This document shows, piece after piece, positions 1 through 9,174 of a stretch of 64,000 nucleotides of DNA. Origin of the DNA: a virus. Taxonomy: Duplodnaviria; Caudoviricetes. The notes beneath the pieces are model-generated. The model saw nothing but the letters and a program-made list of their open reading frames with translations, made no database searches and was not told where the DNA came from. How positions within the stretch are numbered: position 1 is the first letter of the stretch; each line of letters starts with the position of its first letter. Location: positions 11,458 to 75,457 of the IMG/VR virus record IMGVR_UViG_3300028888_000115; one strand, given 5' to 3'. A program made the translations under genes and the position numbers.

Positions 1-1
1 T

Positions 2-397
2 GCAAGTGTTTACGGTGACATCGTACACATAGACAAATCGACCGGAGCGGAGTACTCAGCGGTAGATATGTTCGGGAATGTAGGATGCAACCTGAAATGC
101 ACAAAGTGTGATCGCACAGGATGCGTGTACTGTGGCTTTGGATTTCACAACGATGGTGAGAAAACGAGGTTTCAGTTACTTGCGATAGAAGAGCCAAGGA
201 AATACGAATACAGTTTGAATGGCGGTCAGTGGGCGGATAACCCGTATTACGACCCTGCGGCACCGAAATTTGACGGCTCATGGAGAAATTGGAATCCGAA
301 AAAGATATGGGTCCCGTCAAAGCAAGGCCTTGGCATGAGGGTGGTTTTTGATTACGCGAACGAACTGTATGGCAAGGATTTTTACAGGTATGAGTGA
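2..397 (+). CDS. PAPS-reductase-like phage protein, C-terminal part (5' truncated)
   Basis: Frame open from base 2: ASVYGDIV...LKCTKCDRTGCVYCGFG, typical C-terminus of phage PAPS-reductase-like proteins. Confidence 0.55.
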   Translation, partial: ASVYGDIVHIDKSTGAEYSAVDMFGNVGCNLKCTKCDRTGCVYCGFGFHNDGEKTRFQLLAIEEPRKYEYSLNGGQWADNPYYDPAAPKFDGSWRNWNPKKIWVPSKQGLGMRVVFDYANELYGKDFYRYE

Positions 398-768
398 AGG
401 GGACGAGTATGGGAAAGAAGAAAAACGGCGTCAAGAAAGGTTCATACCAAGCGCAGACATATTCCAGACGAGTTAACGCGGCGAGAGAGGCGACCAACCT
501 GACAATATTCCAAGATGGTATGCAGCACGCGATTGATATTACATCGATGGTCTTGCACAAGACCTTCGGCTTTGGACCTGAACGGCTGAAAAAGTTTGGA
601 GACGGGTTTCAGGATAAATTCTCTGAGATTCAGCAGTATTCCAGAGAGGACAGGGCGGATGACAAGGACCAATGGTATTCCGAGGAGCGCTTCGAGAACG
701 AACTGAAAGAAGCGTGGGGACCTTACTACACGCCGAGAGCTATCCGGTATGACGAAGACAAGCTTTGA
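394..768 (+). CDS. hypothetical protein
   Basis: GTG start overlapping upstream stop; operon packing. Confidence 0.7.
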   Translation: MKGTSMGKKKNGVKKGSYQAQTYSRRVNAAREATNLTIFQDGMQHAIDITSMVLHKTFGFGPERLKKFGDGFQDKFSEIQQYSREDRADDKDQWYSEERFENELKEAWGPYYTPRAIRYDEDKL

Positions 769-1051
769 GCCGAGCTTCGATCTGTGTTACGTCCAAGGGT
801 ACACCGCAGCACTGCAGGACGTGCTGGAAGTCTTCGCAAACATTCAAATGGACCTCAAACGCCACAGCAGAAAGCAGAACTACAAAACCTACAAGGGAAT
901 TGTAGAGTGTATGCTGGAAAACCGGACGATCCTGAGAGAGACGGCGGACTCATTTGTGAGGTGCACGGATCGGAACGATACCGGCTATGAAATCTGGCGG
1001 GAAGCATGGTCAAGGGCCGAAGAGGAAAACAAGAATGAGCAGCGAGTTTGA
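749..1051 (+). CDS. hypothetical protein
   Basis: ORF, operon packing. Confidence 0.65.
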   Translation: MTKTSFEPSFDLCYVQGYTAALQDVLEVFANIQMDLKRHSRKQNYKTYKGIVECMLENRTILRETADSFVRCTDRNDTGYEIWREAWSRAEEENKNEQRV

Positions 1052-1637
1052 AGAAACGGTACGATCTCTACAATCATTTACTGGCGGGAAGAAATATCAA
1101 ACGATATATGCCGACCCGCCGTGGCGCTTTCAAAATCGGACTGGAAAAGTCGCGCCAGAGCACAAGCGCCTGAGCAGATACAAAACGATGAGCTTGGAAG
1201 ATATAAAAGCTCTTCCGGTTTGTGAGTTATCAGACGACAAAGCTCATTTATACCTGTGGGTACCGAACGCAATTCTTCCAGATGGATTAGCTGTGATGGA
1301 TGCGTGGGGATTCGAATACAAAGGAAATCTTGTTTGGGAGAAGGTTCGAAAGGACGGGGGACCAGATGGCCGGGGAGTGGGCTTCTACTTCCGGAATGTG
1401 ACAGAGATTCTGCTTTTCGGAATCAAGAGAAAAAGCATGCCAAATCGGACACTCGCCCCTGCAAGATCGCAAGTCAATCTGATCCGTGCTCAAAAGCGTG
1501 AGCACAGCCGTAAACCGGATGAGTTTATATCTTTGATTGAAGCATGTTCGCAGGGGACAAGAATAGAATTATTCAGTCGTGAGCTTCGCTCCGGTTGGGA
1601 TTGCTGGGGTGATCAGGTGGACATGCATACGGAATAA
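1035..1637 (+). CDS. MT-A70 family adenine methyltransferase
   Basis: IYADPPW, HLYLWVPN, HSRKPDE, IELFSR motifs. Confidence 0.9.
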   Translation: MSSEFEETVRSLQSFTGGKKYQTIYADPPWRFQNRTGKVAPEHKRLSRYKTMSLEDIKALPVCELSDDKAHLYLWVPNAILPDGLAVMDAWGFEYKGNLVWEKVRKDGGPDGRGVGFYFRNVTEILLFGIKRKSMPNRTLAPARSQVNLIRAQKREHSRKPDEFISLIEACSQGTRIELFSRELRSGWDCWGDQVDMHTE

Positions 1638-1646
1638 AAATGTCGA

Positions 1647-2642
1647 ATGGAAAATGAGCGGAAGATTCTACAGGGAGATGCCCTGACAAAACTCAAAGAG
1701 ATCCCGGACGAAACGGCTGACATGTGTGTGACATCGCCACCGTACTACGGACTCCGGTCATATAACGTGGACGGACAGATCGGCTTGGAGGATACACCGG
1801 ATCAATACATCTCAGCGCTGGCAGATGTCTTTGATGAGGTCAAGAGAGTCCTCAAACCGGACGGAACGCTCTGGGTTAACATCGGAGATAGCTACGCAGG
1901 AAGCGGGAAGGGCGCGTGGGAAAACAAGGAAGCGCAAAAGGAAAGCTACGTTCCAGACAGCGACTCTCCGCAATGCAAGATGCCAAAAACATGGGATGGA
2001 ATCAAAGCAAAAGACCTGATTGGGATTCCATGGATGCTTGCATTTGAGCTCCGAAAGCGTGGCTGGTATCTGAGGCAGGACATTATTTGGGAAAAATTGA
2101 ACCCGGTCCCAGAAAGCGTGATGGACCGATGCACGAAATCTCATGAGTATATCTTCCTACTTTCCAAACAGAGCCGATACTACTTCGACCATGACGCGAT
2201 GCAGGAACCGGCAGTCAAGGCTGCTGCGTTCGGCGAAAACCGCACAACGCGATACGGCGGAAAGAAGTATTCTGACCGTCCGGAATCGTTCTACAGAACG
2301 AAAAGCGGGAATGCCTACAACTACACGGGGTACCGCAATAAGAGAGATGTATGGAGCGTTGCGACCAAACCGTTTATGGAAGCGCACTTCGCAACGTATC
2401 CGGAAGAACTGATCGCCCCGTGCATCTTGGCCGGAAGCCGCGATGGAGGGACAGTTCTCGATCCGTTCAATGGCGCTGGGACAACAGGAGTTGTTTGCTT
2501 AAAAACTGGACGGAAATATCTCGGAATCGAACTGAATCCGGAATACATCGACATCTCTGAAAAACGTCTGCAAAAAGTGAAAGAGCAGATTGAGTGGGAG
2601 AAAGCACAGATCAGCTTTTTCGATACGGAGGAAACAGCATAG
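1647..2642 (+). CDS. N4/N6 DNA methyltransferase (beta class)
   Basis: VTSPPYY motif IV before VLDPFNGAGTT motif I; HFATYP. Confidence 0.92.
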   Translation: MENERKILQGDALTKLKEIPDETADMCVTSPPYYGLRSYNVDGQIGLEDTPDQYISALADVFDEVKRVLKPDGTLWVNIGDSYAGSGKGAWENKEAQKESYVPDSDSPQCKMPKTWDGIKAKDLIGIPWMLAFELRKRGWYLRQDIIWEKLNPVPESVMDRCTKSHEYIFLLSKQSRYYFDHDAMQEPAVKAAAFGENRTTRYGGKKYSDRPESFYRTKSGNAYNYTGYRNKRDVWSVATKPFMEAHFATYPEELIAPCILAGSRDGGTVLDPFNGAGTTGVVCLKTGRKYLGIELNPEYIDISEKRLQKVKEQIEWEKAQISFFDTEETA

Positions 2643-3473
2643 ATGACATTCGACTTGCAGAACGGCGACTGCCTGCAATTGCTGAAAAAGATACCGGATA
2701 AGAGCGTCAGTATGATTCTTGCAGATTTACCTTTCGGAACGACGAAGGCGCACTGGGACCATCCGGTCCCGTTAGACAAGCTCTGGAAGCAATACGAGAG
2801 AATCATCAAGGACAACGGCGTGATTGCTTTGTGGGCGCAGTCCCCGTTCGACAAAACTCTCGCGTGCAGCAACATGAAGCTCTACCGGTATGAGTGGATC
2901 ATTCAGAAGACAAGGCCAACCGGCTTCCTGAATGCAAAGAAAATGCCGATGAAGGCGCATGAAAATGTCTTGATCTTCTACAAGTCGCTTCCAACGTATC
3001 ATCCTCAGATGACACACGGGCACGAGAGAAAGGTTTCAACGGCTTACCAGAAGCGAAACAGCAAGAAGACGGAATGCTACGGCGACTATGGATTGACTAC
3101 CTACGACAGTACGGACCGGTACCCTCTGGATGTCCTGAAATTCAAATGGGACACGCAGACGAGCAAAGGTCACAGTGCACAAAAGCCGGTAGCCGCGTGT
3201 GAATACTTCATCAGGACATATACAGACCCGGGAGATACGGTTTTGGATAACGTGATGGGCTACGGTTCTACCGCGATTGCAGCATACAACACGGGACGAA
3301 ACTTTATCGGGATGGAACTGGACAAGGAAATCTTCAACAGCGCATTGCTCAGAATATCGATACAGACAGGGAAAACAATCAAGGAACTTACAGGGGAGGT
3401 ACAGAAGAGTGAAAGAGAAAATGCAGGAAGCAAAGGAGCAGGTGAGGCTGTTCTGGATATGCGCCAAGTATGA
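2643..3473 (+). CDS. N4/N6 DNA methyltransferase (beta class)
   Basis: ADLPFG, HSAQKP, VLDNVMGYGST. Confidence 0.88.
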   Translation: MTFDLQNGDCLQLLKKIPDKSVSMILADLPFGTTKAHWDHPVPLDKLWKQYERIIKDNGVIALWAQSPFDKTLACSNMKLYRYEWIIQKTRPTGFLNAKKMPMKAHENVLIFYKSLPTYHPQMTHGHERKVSTAYQKRNSKKTECYGDYGLTTYDSTDRYPLDVLKFKWDTQTSKGHSAQKPVAACEYFIRTYTDPGDTVLDNVMGYGSTAIAAYNTGRNFIGMELDKEIFNSALLRISIQTGKTIKELTGEVQKSERENAGSKGAGEAVLDMRQV

Positions 3474-3570
3474 TGTCAAGAGCGCGATTCTGGCGACGAA
3501 GATCCAGATTATGAGGCTAAAAATTGCTCTGGCAAAGAAAGCGGTGGAGGTACTTCGCGATGAGCTATGA
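3409..3570 (+). CDS. small hypothetical protein
   Basis: GGAGGT RBS then GTG at 3409. Confidence 0.5.
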   Translation: MKEKMQEAKEQVRLFWICAKYDVKSAILATKIQIMRLKIALAKKAVEVLRDEL

Positions 3571-4138
3571 TATTTCCCTCAAAGACCCAGTGACAAAAAA
3601 GACGATTGAGCTTAACGAACCGCACTTCATGCAGGGCGGCACGTATGCGATGGGCGGAACGAAAGAGCTCTGGCTGAACATCACGTATAATTATGGCCTT
3701 TACTACTACGAGGCGACGGACAAAGACCCGAGATTCGCCCACGACGAGGTCTCCTGCTATTACGCGGACGGAACGAAGGGCCCGATCGAAACAGAGTACG
3801 GAATTCGCGGAATCTACGGAAAAACCGGCGCGGAATCGATCCCGATGCTGGAAGACATGATTCGACGCATTACGGAGAAGTACCAGAAGGACGGCGAGTG
3901 GATTGAGACCGAGCGCACAAAAGCCAGGTGGTACGATGAGAACGGAAACGAGGTCGCAGACCCGTTCCACATGATCCTGCAAGGAAAGAATGTGACGAAG
4001 GAAGAGTACACGGTCATGGTTTCCGAGGGAGACACTGACGACTACTGGGAAGCCACGGCAGTCAACGCAATCAAGCCGCTGCACCAGCTGATTGCGATGG
4101 CAAAAATGAGACCGGACGGTGTGTGGGATGGAGATTGA
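3560..4138 (+). CDS. hypothetical protein
   Basis: ORF, operon packing. Confidence 0.75.
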   Translation: MSYDISLKDPVTKKTIELNEPHFMQGGTYAMGGTKELWLNITYNYGLYYYEATDKDPRFAHDEVSCYYADGTKGPIETEYGIRGIYGKTGAESIPMLEDMIRRITEKYQKDGEWIETERTKARWYDENGNEVADPFHMILQGKNVTKEEYTVMVSEGDTDDYWEATAVNAIKPLHQLIAMAKMRPDGVWDGD

Positions 4139-4514
4139 CGAGGTTTTCTTGGAAAAGGACGTCGAGCAAAGCCTTGAAAACATCCGGCAGACCTTGGAAC
4201 ACCAGAAGCAGACCATAGAGGATCTGAGAAAGCGCCTGCGGGAGTATGACAAGGACGCCGAAATCGTGAAGAGAGACCAGAGAATCCGGGACCTGTATGA
4301 TCACTCTTTGCAGCAGATGACAGACCTTGAGGTTCGGCGTGCAAGAGAATTCAGGGGAAAGCATCTTGCGCGATGCTGCGGGAACGGAAAATACAAGGGG
4401 CGAGGGAACACATGGGTTTACACTCTGACCGGAACCGGAATAGGAACCTGCATAGAAATCATGTGCCCGGTCTGCGGAGAATCGGAAGACATCACAGATA
4501 CCGATTCGTGGTAA
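4128..4514 (+). CDS. hypothetical protein (coiled coil, C-terminal CxxC)
   Basis: ORF; CPVC motif. Confidence 0.7.
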   Translation: MEIDEVFLEKDVEQSLENIRQTLEHQKQTIEDLRKRLREYDKDAEIVKRDQRIRDLYDHSLQQMTDLEVRRAREFRGKHLARCCGNGKYKGRGNTWVYTLTGTGIGTCIEIMCPVCGESEDITDTDSW

Positions 4515-4557
4515 ACGGAAACGGGCCGAATTGAAACGCTTGGAGGCTTAGAAGCAC

Positions 4558-5061
4558 TTGGATACGTCCAAACAGCAAAACTCAATACGAGGCGTTTCTG
4601 AGCCTCCTGACGGAATTGCGAGATTCACGGTGTACGGAGAGCCAGTTCCCAAATTGAGAGCCAGAACTGTCAGGCAACAAACAAAATCGGGGAAAACTGT
4701 CACGCACAGCTATACACCAGAAAAGACTGAGATTCAAGAATTCAATGTCGTGATGGTGTACAAGTCAATATACCGGGGATTCGGCTTTGACGCGGATGTC
4801 CCGCTGCGTGTCGTCGTGACATTTTTTCTTCAGATTCCGAAGTCAACCAGCAAAATCAGAAAGCAACGGATGCTGTCTGGACTTGTCAGGCCAACGAAAC
4901 GACCGGATGTTGAAAATGTGGCAAAGCTGATCATGGATGCGCTTAACACTGTTGCATATCATGACGATTCGCAGATCGTGGAACTTGAAGTGAGAAAGTT
5001 CTATTCGGACCAGCCGAGAACGGAGATATTCATAGCGAGGATCGGCGATGAAAACGAATGA
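4558..5061 (+). CDS. rusA: RusA family Holliday junction resolvase
   Basis: GEPVPKLRAR and KRPDVENVAKLIMDALN...DDSQIV motifs. Confidence 0.9.
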   Translation: MDTSKQQNSIRGVSEPPDGIARFTVYGEPVPKLRARTVRQQTKSGKTVTHSYTPEKTEIQEFNVVMVYKSIYRGFGFDADVPLRVVVTFFLQIPKSTSKIRKQRMLSGLVRPTKRPDVENVAKLIMDALNTVAYHDDSQIVELEVRKFYSDQPRTEIFIARIGDENE

Positions 5062-5392
5062 ATACGGAACTCAAATTGACCGGAACGGGTATGCGCCAAG
5101 CGTTGTGGAATCTGATCAGACGCGGTGCATGCTGTGCGGAAAGCGAAACTGCAAGCTGGACCGGCACGAGCCTTTCAACGGGCCCCTGAGAGAAAAGAGC
5201 AAGCGTCTTGGAATGTGGGTTCTGATCTGCCACGAGTGTCATCAGGGAACGGACGGAGCACACAGCAGCGGAAGCAAGGCACGAAAACTGAAAGCAATCA
5301 CCCAGTACAGCGCCATGAAGCATTACGGATGGTCAATGCAAGAGTGGCACCATGCGTTCGGAAAAAGCTTTCTGGACGATAGCGATCTTTAA
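5048..5392 (+). CDS. HNH-like zinc-binding phage protein
   Basis: CMLC...HEPFNG...LICHECH. Confidence 0.6.
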   Translation: MKTNEYGTQIDRNGYAPSVVESDQTRCMLCGKRNCKLDRHEPFNGPLREKSKRLGMWVLICHECHQGTDGAHSSGSKARKLKAITQYSAMKHYGWSMQEWHHAFGKSFLDDSDL

Positions 5393-5481
5393 TCTGACAA
5401 CAGAGGACGGAACGGAAGCAGGCAAAAGCGGAAGGTAAAGAATCTTATGAACAGGATAATTCTTTACAGGGAGGCTTTTGC

Positions 5482-5964
5482 ATGTACAAGAGTCAGGCTG
5501 ATGCGGTCAAAGAATGGCTGCAGGCATATCTGAAGGGCGTAAAGAAAGTCGACGACATGCTGGAACGACTCCGCACAATCCAAGCAAGGATGAAGAGCGT
5601 CGGCGCACAGGAGTTATCAGATATGCCGAGACCACCGAGCGCTCCAAAGGACAGAATGGCCGAGTACGTTGTCCAATGTGAGTCTTTGGAGCTTGCGATC
5701 AAGAAAGAATCACACGAATTGGAATTGTGCAGGCAGAACATCATGGACCTGACCGGACAACTCAAGAAACCGGATGCCTGCACCATGATCCGGTACAGGT
5801 ACCTCTATGGGTACGAGTGGTCCGAGATTATGGCGAAGCTCTATAGCGAACGAAAAGATCTCACAGAAAAAGAAAACGCCTATCGGCGTAAGATGTACCG
5901 GCTGCACGAATCGGCACTGAAGGAGATGGCGAAGCTGTGGAACAAGAGCGAAAAATCGAGCTGA
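5482..5964 (+). CDS. RinA/ArpU/DUF1492-like late transcriptional activator
   Basis: Coiled coil then IRYRYLYGYEWSEI sigma4-like HTH; position at end of replication/modification block. Confidence 0.7.
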   Translation: MYKSQADAVKEWLQAYLKGVKKVDDMLERLRTIQARMKSVGAQELSDMPRPPSAPKDRMAEYVVQCESLELAIKKESHELELCRQNIMDLTGQLKKPDACTMIRYRYLYGYEWSEIMAKLYSERKDLTEKENAYRRKMYRLHESALKEMAKLWNKSEKSS

Positions 5965-6278
5965 GGAACACACTTTTCTGTTTGGAAGGCGATAACGTAT
6001 ACTTTCGTGGCCTTGACGCCGGTCGGCAGTGGGAAGGCTATGAGTGCCCGTTGTTCAACTTCTGGAATGCGAAAACAGCAGCGCGGTACATCTCAAATTC
6101 GAGCGTCGAGGTCTCTTTCGACAAAGAGCAAGGTGCGTTTATCGTATCCAAGCGCGGAGATCCGAACAAATACCTGCTGAGGATGTACAAGATCGAAAAG
6201 GAGGTCTATGTCGACTTCGGCGGTACAGGAAGATGGAAGAAAATTGAGAAGGAAACAAAAGGGGAGGAGCAGAAATGA
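5937..6278 (+). CDS. hypothetical protein
   Basis: ORF. Confidence 0.6.
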   Translation: MEQERKIELRNTLFCLEGDNVYFRGLDAGRQWEGYECPLFNFWNAKTAARYISNSSVEVSFDKEQGAFIVSKRGDPNKYLLRMYKIEKEVYVDFGGTGRWKKIEKETKGEEQK

Positions 6279-6775
6279 GAGTAACATCCGCAGAGGCGAA
6301 CAAGATCCTCAGAACGAAGCAGGATGAACTGAATGCTTTGAAAGCTGTGGAAAACAAAAGCGCGGTCTTCGTCGCGGCGACGACCGAGGATGTCGAGGCG
6401 GCGAGACCGGAGTACGACATCAAATCGGTGCAGGAGAAGATTGTAAACGCGCAGGCCGAGATCCGGAAACTGAAGCACGCAATCAATCTGTTCAATGTGA
6501 GCCACAAGCCGGAAGGGTTTGACATGACGGTCGACGAAATGCTGATCTATATCCCGCAGCTTACCAGCATGAAAGGCAAATATCAAGGCATGGCAAGCAG
6601 GCTTCCGAAAACAAGGCGGGAATCCGGATACAGCAGAAGCGGCCTGATCGAGTATGAGTATGCCAACTATGATCCGGCTTTTGCACAAGAGCAGCTTGAC
6701 CGGATAACCGACGAGCTTTCCAGAGCGCAACTGGCTTTGGACAAGCTCAATACGACGGAAACCTTCGAGATCTGA
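6275..6775 (+). CDS. conserved coiled-coil protein (DIP1984-like family)
   Basis: TSAEANK...KLKHAINLFN...MLIYIPQL...LDKLN; resembles a conserved Firmicutes family I recall near RNA-repair genes. Confidence 0.6.
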   Translation: MRVTSAEANKILRTKQDELNALKAVENKSAVFVAATTEDVEAARPEYDIKSVQEKIVNAQAEIRKLKHAINLFNVSHKPEGFDMTVDEMLIYIPQLTSMKGKYQGMASRLPKTRRESGYSRSGLIEYEYANYDPAFAQEQLDRITDELSRAQLALDKLNTTETFEI

Positions 6776-6791
6776 TTTGAAGTATATTCCG

Positions 6792-6938
6792 GCAGCACTG
6801 TTTTCAATGAAAGTAATTCTTGGTTATTAGGGTTCAAGGTTGTTGTTTTTTGGTTATTCCTCTTTGTTATCGGTTGACGTTTATGTTCAAGGTACAAGAA
6901 GAAGAAAATTCTTAACAGAACGTCTTTTACAGTGCTGC
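6792..6938 (+). ncRNA. putative structured RNA with GUU-repeat loop
   Basis: Perfect 10-bp stem GCAGCACTGT (6792-6801) / ACAGTGCTGC (6929-6938); inner stem TTCTTG/CAAGAA; 72-nt G/T-rich loop with 10 GTT. Confidence 0.55.
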
Positions 6939-6987
6939 GAAAACTTAGGCGGCGGCGGAAGTTCGGTTTCAAGCTGCTACATAAAGG

Positions 6988-7028
6988 AATCCCGCAAGAT
7001 CCTCAGGACCCTGCGGGATTTTCTTCTT
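6988..7028. terminator. intrinsic terminator between convergent genes
   Basis: AATCCCGCA / TGCGGGATT stem followed by TTCTTCTT. Confidence 0.6.
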
Positions 7029-7239
7029 CAGATGAATCCGGGACACAATGGATTATTTCACTGATATCACAGTTCAGCAGGTTACATAGACGAGTCATAA
7101 TCTCCCATGAAACAAGCTCACCATTGCGTATTTGCTGGACGTAGCTTTCTCCTATAAGTTTTTCCTTCCTCAAACGATAGGTGGTATACCCTTTGCTTTT
7201 GAGGGCAGATAGGACATCGATTTTGTAACGGATTTGCAT
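7003..7239 (-). CDS. XRE/Cro-C1 HTH repressor (copy 1)
   Basis: LKSKGYTTYRLRKEKLIGESYVQQIRNGELVSWEIMTRLCNLLNCDISEII; GGAGG RBS. Confidence 0.88.
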   Translation of the reverse strand: MQIRYKIDVLSALKSKGYTTYRLRKEKLIGESYVQQIRNGELVSWEIMTRLCNLLNCDISEIIHCVPDSSEEENPAGS

Positions 7240-7292
7240 AAGCTTTTCCTCCAAATATGCACGAGATAAAAGTGCACAAAATGCACAAAATA

Positions 7293-7360
7293 AACACGTA
7301 AAATTCGTGCATAATGCGAATTGATAAACACGCGAATATCGTGTATACTAACCATGCTGG
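7293..7360 (+). promoter_or_regulatory. early sigmaA promoter P1 with operator(s)
   Basis: TTGATA 7321-7326, 17 bp, TATACT 7344-7349, then ATGCTGG; quasi-palindromes at 7293-7311 and 7328-7345. Confidence 0.75.
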
Positions 7361-7415
7361 TGAGAGAGGTAATGAGTTTGAGAGCCCGCTGCGGCGGGAG
7401 AAAGTGAGGATAAAG

Positions 7416-7694
7416 ATGCTGAGTAAGAAGGTTGCTGCTGAGAAGCTGGCTCGCTGGGAAGAACTCTCCGCGCTCGAAAAAGAGATCCTTGCTGAGAAGA
7501 GTGCCATCGAGGATGACTTCAAGCAGGAACTCGATCGCAAGGGCGTCGAGATTCTGGAAGTCGGAAACAAGAAGGTCCGCTGGACCTCTGTGGTGTCCAA
7601 CCGCTTCGACAGCACCGGCTTCAAAAAGAGTTTTCCTGAGCTCTACAAGGCTTGGACGAAGGCTGTTCCGTCTCGCCGGTTCTCGATTGGCTGA
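7416..7694 (+). CDS. hypothetical early protein
   Basis: GTGAGG RBS, ATG 7416. Confidence 0.8.
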   Translation: MLSKKVAAEKLARWEELSALEKEILAEKSAIEDDFKQELDRKGVEILEVGNKKVRWTSVVSNRFDSTGFKKSFPELYKAWTKAVPSRRFSIG

Positions 7695-7924
7695 TGACTG
7701 AGATAGACACTTGGGTTGGCGGGTGCAAGGTCCGGGCGTTCGATTGGATCGACGGAAAAAGCATTTACATAAACGTCCGGTACTTTGCCCCGGGGCAATC
7801 ACTTGAACGATCTCCTGCGATGGAGCGGTCGGTGTTGATTCCGAAGACGCCGGAGAACGAAGACAGGATGAGGACTCATCTTCACAGTATTGTGGATGGG
7901 ATCATGAAAGGAGCGACGCGATGA
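7694..7924 (+). CDS. hypothetical protein
   Basis: TGATG coupling. Confidence 0.7.
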   Translation: MTEIDTWVGGCKVRAFDWIDGKSIYINVRYFAPGQSLERSPAMERSVLIPKTPENEDRMRTHLHSIVDGIMKGATR

Positions 7925-8178
7925 AGTTCGTTTGCGAGTTTATCGGCGGTCCGATGGCCGGTAAGATGCCTCTGGAAGATGCGGAAAAGCTGACTGACAA
8001 GCGGAGCGCCGACTGGAGCAAGGACCGCGCGAGGGGCGGTCTGGTGCCGCGTGTCGAACTGGACAACCGTCCGAAGTTCAAGGATTATGCCGGTCCGATG
8101 TGGGACGGCGAGCGTCCTGGAGGAATCGCGATCCTGCGGTACGAGAGCTGGCCGGTGTATGACATGCTGAGCCGTTAA
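7921..8178 (+). CDS. hypothetical protein
   Basis: RBS, ATGA overlap. Confidence 0.75.
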   Translation: MKFVCEFIGGPMAGKMPLEDAEKLTDKRSADWSKDRARGGLVPRVELDNRPKFKDYAGPMWDGERPGGIAILRYESWPVYDMLSR

Positions 8179-8192
8179 GGAGGGAACTGCTG

Positions 8193-8693
8193 ATGAAAGA
8201 AGTGTTCGGGTGCGAATTTCTGACCGAGCGTCAGGAAATCGGGAAGGCCATGAATTTCGGCAAGTATCCTGTTCTCTGGATGGATATTGGAAATCCGAAA
8301 AAGGTCATCACAGAGGGTGATCATTACACTGGATGCAAGGCACGGTTTGCCTATCAGACGCGAAGCTGCGGAGAACTGATCTACAGCGGAACACTGGACA
8401 TGTACGCCGACGAGCAGAAGCCGGAAGTGAGATATGCGCCGTGGCTTTGGGATCACATCCATCTGTCGAGCTGGGGGTCCTGCGTAAAAGCTGACTTCGG
8501 ATACAGCGACGTGATGGAAGATCTGGAAAACGCCATGGCACCGATGATTCAGCCGGGTCAAGAGGTCGTCGTCGTGTTCAAAAACGAGGTGAAGAAGAGT
8601 GTGTCCGTGCGAAAAATGGTCACGAGCAGCCGCGTCGATCCGCATTGCTCTTCTATGATGATGATCGAAAACAGGAAGAAGACCGAGGAGTGA
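8193..8693 (+). CDS. hypothetical protein
   Basis: AGGAGG RBS. Confidence 0.8.
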   Translation: MKEVFGCEFLTERQEIGKAMNFGKYPVLWMDIGNPKKVITEGDHYTGCKARFAYQTRSCGELIYSGTLDMYADEQKPEVRYAPWLWDHIHLSSWGSCVKADFGYSDVMEDLENAMAPMIQPGQEVVVVFKNEVKKSVSVRKMVTSSRVDPHCSSMMMIENRKKTEE

Positions 8694-8723
8694 CCTCCTC
8701 GCAGAACCGGAAAGGAGAGCGCG

Positions 8724-8903
8724 ATGAAGAAAGCAAAACGGTATGAGTCCGGATATGCCTTCTGGCTGGATCTGGTCATTCAGTTTGGAAAAAATGGGGC
8801 GGTAAAGGTCGCAAATAACTACTTTGACTGCCCGGTCGCCGATGGAGATACCGAAGAGGCCCAGTTCCGCGAGGAACTGCGAGACGCGATGACAGCGTGC
8901 TGA
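8724..8903 (+). CDS. small hypothetical protein (59 aa, not in ORF track)
   Basis: AAGGAG RBS; MKKAKRYESGYAFWLDL... Confidence 0.65.
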   Translation: MKKAKRYESGYAFWLDLVIQFGKNGAVKVANNYFDCPVADGDTEEAQFREELRDAMTAC

Positions 8904-8916
8904 AAGGAGAAAAAGA

Positions 8917-9156
8917 ATGACCTGCTGCGGGAAATGCGCTCACTGCAAGAGAAGTCTGGCGACTCGGTACGATCCGCCTGAGAGCTGGTGCGAACTGAAA
9001 CGCGAAGAGTTCGAGATGGATGACGACGAGTACGAAGCGGAGCTGGCGGAAAAGTACGGTGTCGAGTGGTACGATGTCGCAATCGTCGAGTGTGAAGACT
9101 TCTTGGATGAGGACGATATTGCTTGGCTCCGCGCAGACTCGCGTGGCGATGATTGA
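8917..9156 (+). CDS. small acidic Cys-containing protein
   Basis: AAGGAG RBS; D/E-rich. Confidence 0.7.
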   Translation: MTCCGKCAHCKRSLATRYDPPESWCELKREEFEMDDDEYEAELAEKYGVEWYDVAIVECEDFLDEDDIAWLRADSRGDD

Positions 9157-9174
9157 GAAGGGAGGACGAACAAG

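Noticed and set aside
2640-2645. Readthrough fusion of the two N4/N6 methyltransferases (TAG followed directly by in-frame ATG)
   Set aside because: Each ORF is a complete MTase with its own motifs IV and I; ordinary translational coupling is sufficient.
6820-6895. CRISPR or TIGR-type array in the GTT-rich tract
   Set aside because: Repeats are 9 nt or shorter and irregularly spaced, with no fixed repeat-spacer period and no cas/tas gene nearby.
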